Source of the DNA: Candidatus Sericytochromatia bacterium
Lineage (GTDB): Bacteria > Cyanobacteriota > Sericytochromatia > S15B-MN24 > JAQBPE01
Direction: 5' to 3'
Length of the DNA stretch: 12,444 bases
Assembly (NCBI GenBank): GCA_035285125.1
Contig: JAYKHR010000172.1
Location: 1-12,444, forward strand
A program made the position numbers and the translations under genes. The notes under the pieces were generated by a model that worked only from the letters and a program-made list of their open reading frames with translations, made no database searches and was not told the DNA's origin. Shown here piece after piece: positions 1 to 7,690 of this stretch (the stretch's first letter is position 1; the number at the start of each line of letters is the position of its first letter).

Positions 1-173
1 CGAACCAGGCGGGTGGGCTCATCTCGAACCAGGCGGGTGGGCTCATCTCGAACCAGGCGGGTGGGCTCATCTCGAACCAGGCGGGTGGGCTCATCTCGAA
101 CCAGGCGGGTGGGCTCATCTCGAACCAGGCGGGCGGGCTCATCTCGAACCAGGCGGGCGGGCTCATCTCGAAC
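1..173 (+). repeat. 24-bp coding tandem repeat CGAACCAGGCGGG(T/C)GGGCTCATCT, 7 full copies plus a partial
   Basis: Copies start at 1, 25, 49, 73, 97, 121 and 145. Copies 1-5 carry GGT and copies 6-7 carry GGC, a synonymous Gly change in the NQAGGLIS frame. No spacers. Confidence 0.97.
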
Positions 174-1196
174 GTCCCGGGCGGCGCGAACCTGTCGGAC
201 GGTGCGCTGCGGGCCTTTCGGCTGGTGGCAGAGAAAGATGGCCAGGCGCTGGTCACGGTGGTGGACGGCCTCGGTCAGGGCCTCTCGGAAGGTGGAGCCG
301 CTGGCTACCGCCTGCAGCAGGCGGGTGGCACCATCCTGGTCGAGCTGTCCCCGGCCACCACGGCCGTTGCCAAGGCTTTCGAGGGCGCGCTCAAGCTGCA
401 GTTCGAGCTGGCCGAGCCCGGCGCCCGCGCCGCAGGCCTCTCGGAGGTGTTCGTGCAGGCCAGGCAAGCCACGCGGGCCGTGCGAGCCCAACTCCGGAAA
501 GACCCGGACCTCGCTCGCCGCATCGCGGCGGCCGTGGACGCGCGTGGCGCGTTGCGGGACGTGCAGGCCTTTCAGCGCTCCGCGGCTGAGGGCCAGCTTG
601 ACCGCGAGTTGGCGCCTCGCGTGGTGGAGGTGCTCAACGCCTTCGTTGCTCGGAAGGGCTCCCAGGGCGGTGCCGGAGAGGCTCGCGGCGGTGGCCCGCG
701 GCTTGACGGCCGCGACTTTCCGCTCGGTGACGTGACGGTTGAGCGCGGCGGGGTCGTCGTGGTGAAGGCGAAGAACGGCGACACCGTCCGGATCGATCGC
801 CCCGTGCCCGGGCGCGAGGCCGGCGCGGCCAAGCCTTCGGACAAGGCGCCCGTCGCCCGTAACGCTCGGCCGGCGGCAGGCACCGGCGGCAACAACGGCA
901 ATGGCAATGCCGGCGGCGGTGCCGACAACGGCAATGGCAATGCCGGCGGCAACAACGGCAATGGCAATGCCGGCGGCAACAATGGCAATGGCAATGCCGG
1001 CGGCAACACCGGCAATGCCGGTGGCGGCACCGACAATGGCAATGCCGGTGGCAACATCGGCAATGGCAATGCTGGCGGCGGTGCCGACAACGGCAATGCC
1101 GGCGGCAGCAATGGCAATGGCAATGCCGGCGGCGGCACCGGCAACGGGAACGGCAGTGGCGGGAACGGCGGCGGGAATGGGAACGGCAACGGGTGA
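3..1196 (+). CDS. Hypothetical repeat protein, 5'-truncated: (NQAGGLIS)n repeat, central ~220-aa region, C-terminal Gly/Asn-rich tail
   Basis: The frame of the listed 225..1196 ORF has no stop back to position 3 (aac cag gcg ggt ggg ctc atc tcg...), so GTG 225 is probably internal and the true start lies upstream of the window. Codons are GC3-rich; stop TGA at 1194-1196. Confidence 0.8.
   Translation, partial: NQAGGLISNQAGGLISNQAGGLISNQAGGLISNQAGGLISNQAGGLISNQAGGLISNVPGGANLSDGALRAFRLVAEKDGQALVTVVDGLGQGLSEGGAAGYRLQQAGGTILVELSPATTAVAKAFEGALKLQFELAEPGARAAGLSEVFVQARQATRAVRAQLRKDPDLARRIAAAVDARGALRDVQAFQRSAAEGQLDRELAPRVVEVLNAFVARKGSQGGAGEARGGGPRLDGRDFPLGDVTVERGGVVVVKAKNGDTVRIDRPVPGREAGAAKPSDKAPVARNARPAAGTGGNNGNGNAGGGADNGNGNAGGNNGNGNAGGNNGNGNAGGNTGNAGGGTDNGNAGGNIGNGNAGGGADNGNAGGSNGNGNAGGGTGNGNGSGGNGGGNGNGNG
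885..1193 (+). repeat. Degenerate coding repeat, Gly/Asn-rich, with 9 GNAGG cores
   Basis: Recurrent GGCAATGC(C/T)GG(C/T)GGC units, often preceded by GGCAAT; translates as GGNNGNGNAGGGADNGNGNAGG... up to the stop codon. Confidence 0.95.
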
Positions 1197-1244
1197 GGCC
1201 CGCGTGCCGACGACTTGGCCGCGGGGCCCGGGGGGCGGCGGCGC

Positions 1245-2990
1245 GTGGCTGAACGGCACGAGAAGGGGCGGGCCGATCTCCAGCGCTGGCAGCGACACCA
1301 ACCGACGAACTTCTACGCGGACCACAGGCAACTCCAGCGGCTGTTGCGCCGGCTGATGCCGTCGGCCCGCCTCGCGAACCACGAGGCCCACCTCGCCCAC
1401 TTCGGCGCGGCGGTGGCCACCACCCTCGACAGGGCCGCGATCGCCAACAACCGGGAAGGCAACACGCCCCGGCTGGACCGGTGGTCTCCCATCGGAGAGC
1501 GCACCGAGGGCATCGAGCACCACCCGAGCTACGAGGCCTGTGGCCGGGCCATCTACGAGGTTGGCCGGGTCATCGCGGTGTATGCGGAGCCCCCCGCGAA
1601 CCTGCACGCCCAGGCGCTCTTTTACCTCAGCAGCCATGTGGGCGAGGCCGGGCACAACTGCCCCGTGGCCTGCACGGCGGGCATCGCCAGAGTCTTGCAG
1701 GGCCCAGCCTCGGAGGCCCTGCGGGCCCGCTACCTCCCGGGCGTGCTCTCATCGCGCTGGTGCGAGCGGCTCGATGGGGCCCAGTTCCTCACGGAGCTGC
1801 AGGGAGGCTCGGATGTCGGGTCCAACGCCGTCGTGGCCGTGCCGGACGGGGAGGCGCTGGGCACCACGCGCTGGCGCATCCACGGCGAGAAGTGGTTCTG
1901 CTCCAACGCCGGGGCCGACCTCATCCTCCTGACGGCCCGGGTGGCCGGGGGCGCCGACGGCACGGCTGGCCTGGGCCTCTTCCTGTTGCCCCGTCGCCTG
2001 GACGATGGCTCGGTGAACCACTTCAGGCTCAGACGCCTGAAGGAGAAGCTCGGCACGCGCTCGATGCCCTCGGCGGAGATCGACTTCGAGGGCGCGGTGG
2101 CCTACGCTATCGGCCACGTCGAGGATGGCTTCAAACACGTGATGAACAACGTGATCAACACCTCCCGCCTCTACAACACCAGCGGCTGCGCGGGCATCGC
2201 CCACCGGGCGCACCTCGTGGCCGCCGGTTACGCCGCGGCGCGCGAGGCCTTTGGCCGCCCGATCGCCGCCTACCCCCTGGTGCAGGAGATGCTCGCCCGC
2301 ACGTTCGCCACCCATGCCGTCCTGCTCGCAGGCACGCTGACCCTCGCGTCAGCCCTGGATGCGGTGGAACTGGGCCTGAGCGGAGAGGCCGAGCGGGGCT
2401 TCGTCCGCGTGGCCGTCAACCTGGCGAAGATGGCCTCTTGCCAGCACTCCCACCGCGTCGTGCTGACGGCCATCGAGACGCTGGGGGGCAACGGCGCCAT
2501 CGAGTCGTTCTCCGTGCTCCCTCGCCTGCTGCGTGACAACGTGGTGTACGAGAACTGGGAAGGCACCCACAACACCCTCGTGGCCCAGACCCTGCGCGAC
2601 CTCCACCGGGCGCCGCTGCGAGAGGCCATGGTGAACGGCGTGGCCGGTTGGCTGCGGGCCGTGCCGGGCTGCGCAGAGGTGCTGGCGCCCGCCGCCGCGG
2701 CTCTGGCTGCCTTCCAGGCCGCCTGGCCAGCCATTGCGGCGGAGCCCGACGCCGGCTTGGCGGCGCTCCTGCTGCGGCCCCACGCGGAGGCCCTGGCGGA
2801 CACCCTCTTTGCTGCGGCCTATGCCGCCGACCTCGAGGCCGAGCCGGACGCGGACCGCCGGGCGGGGGAGCGCGAGGCCCTCGGGTTGTTCGTGGCCCAC
2901 CACCTCGCCCCCCTCGCCCCCGTGCGCGACCGCGCCTACGCCGCCTCCGTGGCGCGGGTGGCCGCCCTCGAGGTGCCGGGCGCCGGCTGA
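1245..2990 (+). CDS. Acyl-CoA dehydrogenase family protein, AidB-like
   Basis: Motifs CPVACTAG, GAQFLTELQGGSDVG, GEKWFCSN, RRLKEKLGTRSMPSAEI, REAFGRPI, LGGNG and LRDNVVYENWEGTHN. Start placed at GTG 1245; TTG 1215 is an alternative. Confidence 0.9.
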   Translation: MAERHEKGRADLQRWQRHQPTNFYADHRQLQRLLRRLMPSARLANHEAHLAHFGAAVATTLDRAAIANNREGNTPRLDRWSPIGERTEGIEHHPSYEACGRAIYEVGRVIAVYAEPPANLHAQALFYLSSHVGEAGHNCPVACTAGIARVLQGPASEALRARYLPGVLSSRWCERLDGAQFLTELQGGSDVGSNAVVAVPDGEALGTTRWRIHGEKWFCSNAGADLILLTARVAGGADGTAGLGLFLLPRRLDDGSVNHFRLRRLKEKLGTRSMPSAEIDFEGAVAYAIGHVEDGFKHVMNNVINTSRLYNTSGCAGIAHRAHLVAAGYAAAREAFGRPIAAYPLVQEMLARTFATHAVLLAGTLTLASALDAVELGLSGEAERGFVRVAVNLAKMASCQHSHRVVLTAIETLGGNGAIESFSVLPRLLRDNVVYENWEGTHNTLVAQTLRDLHRAPLREAMVNGVAGWLRAVPGCAEVLAPAAAALAAFQAAWPAIAAEPDAGLAALLLRPHAEALADTLFAAAYAADLEAEPDADRRAGEREALGLFVAHHLAPLAPVRDRAYAASVARVAALEVPGAG

Positions 2991-3104
2991 GCTGGCTGGC
3001 CCGCGCGTCGTGGTACCTGGGGCATCGTCCGCTCGCCCGACGGCTGGTGGGCCCCCAGCGGCTATCATCGCGTGGGGTTGGCCGGGGGCTGGGGAGGGCT
3101 TGGG

Positions 3105-4184
3105 ATGCGCATCGGCGTGCTGGCGCCCGTTTGGGAAGCCACGCCACCGCGAGGCTATGGCGGCATCGAGCGGATGGTGGCGTTGCTGGTCGAGGGGCTG
3201 GTCGCGAGGGGGCACCACGTGACCCTCTTCGCCACCGGCGACTCCGTCACGTCGGCCCGCCTTTGCGCCGTCGAGCCCAGGCCGCTGCGGACCCAGGCGC
3301 TCGAGCCCTGGTGCCAGCAGGCCGCCGAGCTGCGCCACATCGCGCTGGCCCTGCGGGAGCCTCAGGCCTTCGACGTCGTGCACAACCACGTGGGCTACCC
3401 GGGCGTGGTGCTGGGGGACCTCGCGGGGGCCTCCATGCTCACGACGCTGCACGGCCCCGTGCCCGACACCCACCGGCCCTATTACAGCTCCTTCCCCGAG
3501 CACCCCTTCGTGGCCATCAGCGAGTCGCAGCGGCGCGAGGCGGCGGCCCTGCGCGTCTGCGCGACGATCCCCCACGGCATCGACACGCGGCGCTACAGCG
3601 CAGGCGGGTCACGGCGTGACTACGTGTTGTTCCTGGGGCGCGTGTCGCCCGAGAAGGGCACCCACCTGGCCATCGAGGCGGCGTTGCGCGCGGGGGTGCC
3701 GCTGGTGATCGCGGCCAAGGTCGACCCGCAGGATCGCTCGTACTTCGAGGGGCGTGTCGCGCCGCTGGTGGACGGGACCCGCGTGCGCTTCATCGGGGAG
3801 GTCGCCGGCGAGGCCAAACGCGACGTCCTGCGTGGGGCGCGGGCGCTGCTTCACCTCGTGCAGTTCCCCGAGCCCTTCGGCCTCGTCATGGTGGAGGCCC
3901 TCGCTAGCGGCACCCCCGTGATCGCGATGCCCCTGGGCTCCATCCCGGAGGTCGTCGCAGACGGGCGGACGGGCTTCATCGTGCGGGACGTCGACGAGGC
4001 GGTGGCCGCACTCGGCCGGCTGGAAGCCATCAGCCCCGCTGTTTGCCGGGCCGAGGCCGTGGCCCGCTTCGATGCCGGTCTGATGGTGGAGCGTTACGCC
4101 GCGCTTTACGCGACGCTGGCGGCCCCCCGCGTCACGCTGCGCCGCCGGCGGGGGGCCGGAACGTCTCCCACGGGCTCACCTTGA
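3105..4184 (+). CDS. Glycosyltransferase family 4 (GT-B) protein
   Basis: N-terminal MRIGVLAP...PPRGYGGIER, GHHVTLFATGDS, FLGRVSPEKG, and EPFGLVMVEALASGTPVI (E-x7-E). SD GGAGG at 3093-3097 precedes ATG 3105. Confidence 0.93.
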   Translation: MRIGVLAPVWEATPPRGYGGIERMVALLVEGLVARGHHVTLFATGDSVTSARLCAVEPRPLRTQALEPWCQQAAELRHIALALREPQAFDVVHNHVGYPGVVLGDLAGASMLTTLHGPVPDTHRPYYSSFPEHPFVAISESQRREAAALRVCATIPHGIDTRRYSAGGSRRDYVLFLGRVSPEKGTHLAIEAALRAGVPLVIAAKVDPQDRSYFEGRVAPLVDGTRVRFIGEVAGEAKRDVLRGARALLHLVQFPEPFGLVMVEALASGTPVIAMPLGSIPEVVADGRTGFIVRDVDEAVAALGRLEAISPAVCRAEAVARFDAGLMVERYAALYATLAAPRVTLRRRRGAGTSPTGSP

Positions 4185-5279
4185 GCAGGGCTTGCGGATG
4201 ACGGACCACGGGTGGGACAGCGCCAGGGGTTTGCCTGACGACGGCTGCAGGGCAGCGCTGGCGCGCATGGCCGCCAGGCGCTCGCGGGTGGGGGGGTGGG
4301 TGGACACGAAGCGCAGCGCGCGCTCGGCCCGGTCGCTGATGGGCACCTCGCGGGCAAGGACCTCATAGGCGGCGACCATGCCGGTCGGGTCCAGGCCGGC
4401 CTGCTTCAACCGCGCCATCCCGAGGCTGTCCGCCTCGGCCTCGTCCGCCCGCGACAGCGCCAGCTGGCCGAGCTCCCCCGCAGCCCCGACGGCCGCGGCG
4501 AGCCCCCCCGCGTCACCCGTGATGCCTGCCAGCAGCAGGCTGGTGGCCGTGTCTCTCAGCAGGGCCCGCGTGACGTGGCGCCTCTCGACATGCTGGATCT
4601 CGTGCGCCAGCACGCCGGCGAGTGCCTCCGGGCTGGGCATCTGCTGCAACAAGCCCTCGAACACCACCACATGCCCGCCCGGCGCGGCCAGGGCGTTGAC
4701 GCTGTCGTCGTGCACCACCCGCACCCGGTATCGGTAAGGGGTCCCGCTGTGCGCCAGCAGCCGGTCCAGGATGGTCTGAACGGCCTCCCGCTTCACCCGA
4801 TCCGGGCACGCCCCCGCATTGTTCTCGACGCTCTCGGCCACCGCCTCGCCCAGCTTGCTTTCCCAGGCGGGGGGGACGTGGTTGGCGACGCGCTCTGCCA
4901 CGGCGGGCAGCACCCAGCCGACGCCCAGGGCCAGCGCCCCGAGCGAGCCGACCACGCTGCCGACGGCCAGGGTGGTCAGCAGGCCGGTCGACATCGGAGG
5001 CTTGATCCCCGTGCGTGGCGCTTGCGCGGCAAGGGCGGCCAGGATCGAGGCGTCGTCCACCTCCACCAGGGGGGGCGTGGGGCCGGGGGCGAGGGCAATC
5101 GTGGCGACCTCGCCAGGGCCGTCCCCACCCAGCAGGCGCAACGCCTCGAAGGGGTAGACGCGAGCCTCCGGGTCACCAGGGTTGGAGAGCACCAACCCTG
5201 CGGGGGACAGGGACACGACGACCCGCCGCCGGAGAGGCGTCTCGCCGTCCAGGAAGTGGCCCTTCCACGTTCGCGCCAT
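4176..5279 (-). CDS. M48 family zinc metallopeptidase with N-terminal domain and one TM helix
   Basis: VNALAAPGG, VLAHEIQH (HExxH), EAEAD third ligand and STHP. Sits directly downstream of the YjgN gene (10-bp gap); its 3' end overlaps the GT4 gene by 9 bp. Confidence 0.92.
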   Translation of the reverse strand: MARTWKGHFLDGETPLRRRVVVSLSPAGLVLSNPGDPEARVYPFEALRLLGGDGPGEVATIALAPGPTPPLVEVDDASILAALAAQAPRTGIKPPMSTGLLTTLAVGSVVGSLGALALGVGWVLPAVAERVANHVPPAWESKLGEAVAESVENNAGACPDRVKREAVQTILDRLLAHSGTPYRYRVRVVHDDSVNALAAPGGHVVVFEGLLQQMPSPEALAGVLAHEIQHVERRHVTRALLRDTATSLLLAGITGDAGGLAAAVGAAGELGQLALSRADEAEADSLGMARLKQAGLDPTGMVAAYEVLAREVPISDRAERALRFVSTHPPTRERLAAMRASAALQPSSGKPLALSHPWSVIRKPCSR

Positions 5280-5289
5280 GGTGCCCCCC

Positions 5290-6738
5290 TCAGAGCCCGA
5301 AGTCGTCGATGCCGCTGTCTTCGACCATCGCGTCGCCCATGGCGCTTGCGTCCAGGGCCTCCTGGCGGATGGCCTCCAACCCCAGCGAGCCGCGCACCGT
5401 CAGGCAGCCCGCCATGTAGCGCATGGCGGCGGCCCGGGCCCAGGGGAGGGCGAACCCGAGCGTGAGGAGCCTGGCCGCCAGCCCGACGGCCGCCCACTTC
5501 AGCAGGCCCCAGCCGGTCACGGCGTGCTCGAAGCGGGCCTTGCCGAAGCGCGTCGAGGCAGCGATCTCTCGCTGCACCGACGCGCCCGTCCAGAAGAGGC
5601 TGAGGCCGCCGGTGAAGGGAAGCAGCAAAAACCCGATGAGCAGCGGCCGGGCCAGCTGCCCCCCGGTGAGCGAGCACGCGAAGGCGCGGTTGCCGTAGTG
5701 GGTGTTCCCGAGCTTGAAGCGCTGCTGCCTGGCGAGGAACCAGGGCAGGTAGAGCCCGAGCGTCAGCCCGCAGAGAAACGCGCCCTGGAGGTTGAGCCAG
5801 TAGGCCTCGCCGTAGCTGCCCCGGAAGGAGAAGCGCACGCCGTTGAGGCTGGTCCTCGACAGCTGGTAGCGCCAGCTGGAGACCTGGATCAGTGGTCCGA
5901 GGAGCACCGCCAGGCAGAGCGTGGCCACGTTGGCGACCGCCCCCGCGAGCGCCAGGGCGGCCTGTTTGCCCAGCGCCGGCGACAAGGCTGGCGCCAAGGC
6001 CGCTGCCACGCCGGCCAGCACGAGCCCCACCACGGCGCCGATGCCCACGATCTTGGCGAAGCCCCGAAGGCCTTCCTTCCCCGTGCCGTGGTAGGCGAAG
6101 CGGTGCCCCCGAAGGGACAGCTGGCTGTAGAGGTACCGCCTCAGGTTGGCGCGGGCCCAGAACCGGTAGATGCCGACAGTCGCCAGCGTCAGCGCCACGT
6201 TCACGGCCATGATCTTGAACAGCGTCTTGCCGTCGCCCCCGAACTGCAGGCGGTTCAGGACCTTCTTGCGGCTGGGGCGGCGTTCCCCAGCCTCGGCGGT
6301 GCCGGGCGTCGCGGTGAGAGCGGCTGGGCCGTCCCGGTGCAGCGCCCATTCGTCCGGGCTGGCATCCTCTTCGGGGGGCGGCCAGGAAGCCCCGGCGGCG
6401 GGGCTCGGTTTCGCTTCGGGGGACGCCCACGCGCCCTCGGTGGCGAGGCCTTGGTCCTCATCGGGGGGGGGCCACGAAGCCCCTGTGGGGAACCTGGCCT
6501 CCGCTGCCGGCTGCGCCCAGGCGGCCTCTGATGTGGGGCTCTCCGCCTCGCCGGGGAGCGTCCAGGCGGCCTCGGCGGCAGGCGCCATCGAGAAAGCCGG
6601 GGGGGGCGCTTGCGGCACGGAGGTCTCCAGCGCGGCATGGGCGCTCTGGGGGGCCTCGCCAGCCATCCGCACGACCTCGCCGCAGACACACTCCCGCTGA
6701 GGGGGTTCGACCCAGGCAAGGCAAGCAGGACATTCCAC
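5290..6738 (-). CDS. YjgN/DUF898 family membrane protein with N-terminal Zn-ribbon-like motif and Pro/Ala/Glu linker
   Basis: LQFGGDG..FKIMAVNVALTLATVGIYRFWA..RRYLYS, F.YHGTGKE and repeated TLG(L/F).LPW segments typical of DUF898. SD AAGGAG lies 9 nt before GTG 6738; N-terminus reads CPAC-x10-CVC. Confidence 0.88.
   Translation of the reverse strand: MECPACLAWVEPPQRECVCGEVVRMAGEAPQSAHAALETSVPQAPPPAFSMAPAAEAAWTLPGEAESPTSEAAWAQPAAEARFPTGASWPPPDEDQGLATEGAWASPEAKPSPAAGASWPPPEEDASPDEWALHRDGPAALTATPGTAEAGERRPSRKKVLNRLQFGGDGKTLFKIMAVNVALTLATVGIYRFWARANLRRYLYSQLSLRGHRFAYHGTGKEGLRGFAKIVGIGAVVGLVLAGVAAALAPALSPALGKQAALALAGAVANVATLCLAVLLGPLIQVSSWRYQLSRTSLNGVRFSFRGSYGEAYWLNLQGAFLCGLTLGLYLPWFLARQQRFKLGNTHYGNRAFACSLTGGQLARPLLIGFLLLPFTGGLSLFWTGASVQREIAASTRFGKARFEHAVTGWGLLKWAAVGLAARLLTLGFALPWARAAAMRYMAGCLTVRGSLGLEAIRQEALDASAMGDAMVEDSGIDDFGL
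6340..6573 (-). repeat. Degenerate 45-bp (15-aa) repeat array encoding W-x-x-P units
   Basis: Trp codons begin at 6564, 6519, 6474, 6429 and 6384, exactly 45 bp apart. GASWPPP(D/E)ED occurs twice, 90 bp apart (6454-6483 and 6364-6393). Confidence 0.8.
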
Positions 6739-6820
6739 GGTGCCGGTCTCCTTCTGGCGAGTTTTTACCCGCCCGCGGCTTCCTGCAAGCTTGTTGACCA
6801 CCTCCCTGACTCCGCGACAG

Positions 6821-6864
6821 CCCCTCACCCGGCCTGCGGCCACCCTCTCCCAGGGGGAGAGGGG
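6821..6864. repeat. REP-like intergenic palindromic element
   Basis: CCCCTCACCC-GGCCTGCGGCC-A-CCCTCTCCC-AGG-GGGAGAGGG: perfect 9-bp stem 6843-6851/6855-6863 plus a small GGCC-tgc-GGCC hairpin. Confidence 0.7.
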
Positions 6865-6930
6865 CCAAAGAGCGGTTTCGCCCGCTGGGGGGGGCGCGTC
6901 AGCGGAGATGAGCGTGATGCGGAATCAGGG

Positions 6931-7491
6931 TCAGAGCCCCAGGAGCTCGACCTCGAAGATCAGGATGGCGCCGGGGGGGATCTTGCCCGTGCCGGCCTGG
7001 CCGTAGCCCAGGGCGGGCGGAATGACGAGCTTGCGCCACTCGCCCACACGCATGCCCGCCACCCCCTGCTCCCAGCCCGCGATCACGCGGCGTTGCCCGA
7101 GGGTGAACGAGAACGGGGCGCCGCGGCTGCGAGACGAGTCGAACTGCACGCCGCTCGTGAGCCAGCCCGTGTAGTGGACCTTGACGCTGGTCCCCGGGCT
7201 GGCCGCGACCGCGTCCGCGGGGGCCTGGCGGATGATGGTGTAGCCGAGGCCCGTGCCCAGCACCACCGCCGACACCGTGTCCAGGGCGAACGGGGGAAAC
7301 GAGCCCGTGGGGGTGGGCATGGGCGTGGGCACGACGACCACCACGGCCGAAGGGCGCACCACGGGGATCTCGCCGCCGTCGCCGGCCTCAGGTGGGGCCA
7401 CCGGCGTCAGCGTGGGGTCGCAGGCCAGCAGCAGGGTGGCCGTGGCGGCGACCAGCGGGGCGAGGGGCGAGCCTGAGGCGGAGCGTGGCAC
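6931..7491 (-). CDS. FKBP-type peptidyl-prolyl cis-trans isomerase, probable lipoprotein
   Basis: VKVHYTGWLTSGVQFDSSRSRGAPFSFTLG, VIAGWEQGVAGMRVGEWRKLVIPPALGYG and IPPGAILIFEVELL. Hydrophobic N-terminus ends in lipobox LLA-C, followed by a Pro/Thr-rich linker. Confidence 0.95.
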   Translation of the reverse strand: MPRSASGSPLAPLVAATATLLLACDPTLTPVAPPEAGDGGEIPVVRPSAVVVVVPTPMPTPTGSFPPFALDTVSAVVLGTGLGYTIIRQAPADAVAASPGTSVKVHYTGWLTSGVQFDSSRSRGAPFSFTLGQRRVIAGWEQGVAGMRVGEWRKLVIPPALGYGQAGTGKIPPGAILIFEVELLGL

Positions 7492-7497
7492 GCCCCC

Positions 7498-7526
7498 ATC
7501 GTGCCACGTGGGCTGCCCGCTAGCAA
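7498..7526 (-). promoter_or_regulatory. Sigma70-type promoter for the FKBP gene, probably leaderless
   Basis: Minus strand TTGCTA (7526-7521), 17-nt spacer, TGn-extended CACGAT (7503-7498), 6 nt, then GTG start at 7491. Confidence 0.6.
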
Positions 7527-7690
7527 TGGCCCCGGCCGCGCGCGGTTGGGGTCGCCCCCGTCCGGCCCCTGGAACGTGGGCCTCCCCACCCGCCCGGGAC
7601 GGAGCTGGGCGCCGGCGCGGATCGGGAGGCTCAACCTCCGGGCGGTGAGGCGGGGCCGTGACCCTAGCCCCACCGTCCGGGCCGCGGCCG

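Noticed and set aside
1..173. CRISPR array
   Set aside because: The repeats are directly head-to-tail with no spacers, 24 bp is a codon multiple in an open frame, and there are no cas genes.
13..735. ORF with (VGSSRTRR)n repeat
   Set aside because: Alternative frame of the same repeat; the repeat variant is non-synonymous here, and the Arg/Ser/Trp-rich product is typical of a shadow ORF.
572..1356. Pro/Leu-rich minus-strand ORF (572..1189) and MAMP-repeat ORF (901..1356)
   Set aside because: Antisense and shifted-frame readings of the Gly/Asn repeat.
3040..3070. Promoter for the GT4 gene (TATCAT at 3063-3068)
   Set aside because: A plausible -10 hexamer, but with no -35 or TG extension it is too weak to call.
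1245..4184. Acyl-CoA dehydrogenase plus GT4 as a biosynthetic cluster modifying the repeat protein
   Set aside because: Only co-orientation supports this; there is no carrier protein, ligase or transporter, and both enzymes look like common stand-alone family members.
6463..6606. G9 (6463-6471) and G8 (6599-6606) tracts as phase-variation sites
   Set aside because: They encode poly-Pro in an intact frame, and G/C runs are common throughout the window.
7530..7690. ncRNA or terminator in the TMEM43-FKBP spacer (imperfect hairpin 7638-7680)
   Set aside because: No U-tract and no tRNA, SRP or 6S hallmarks; such stems are expected by chance at very high GC.
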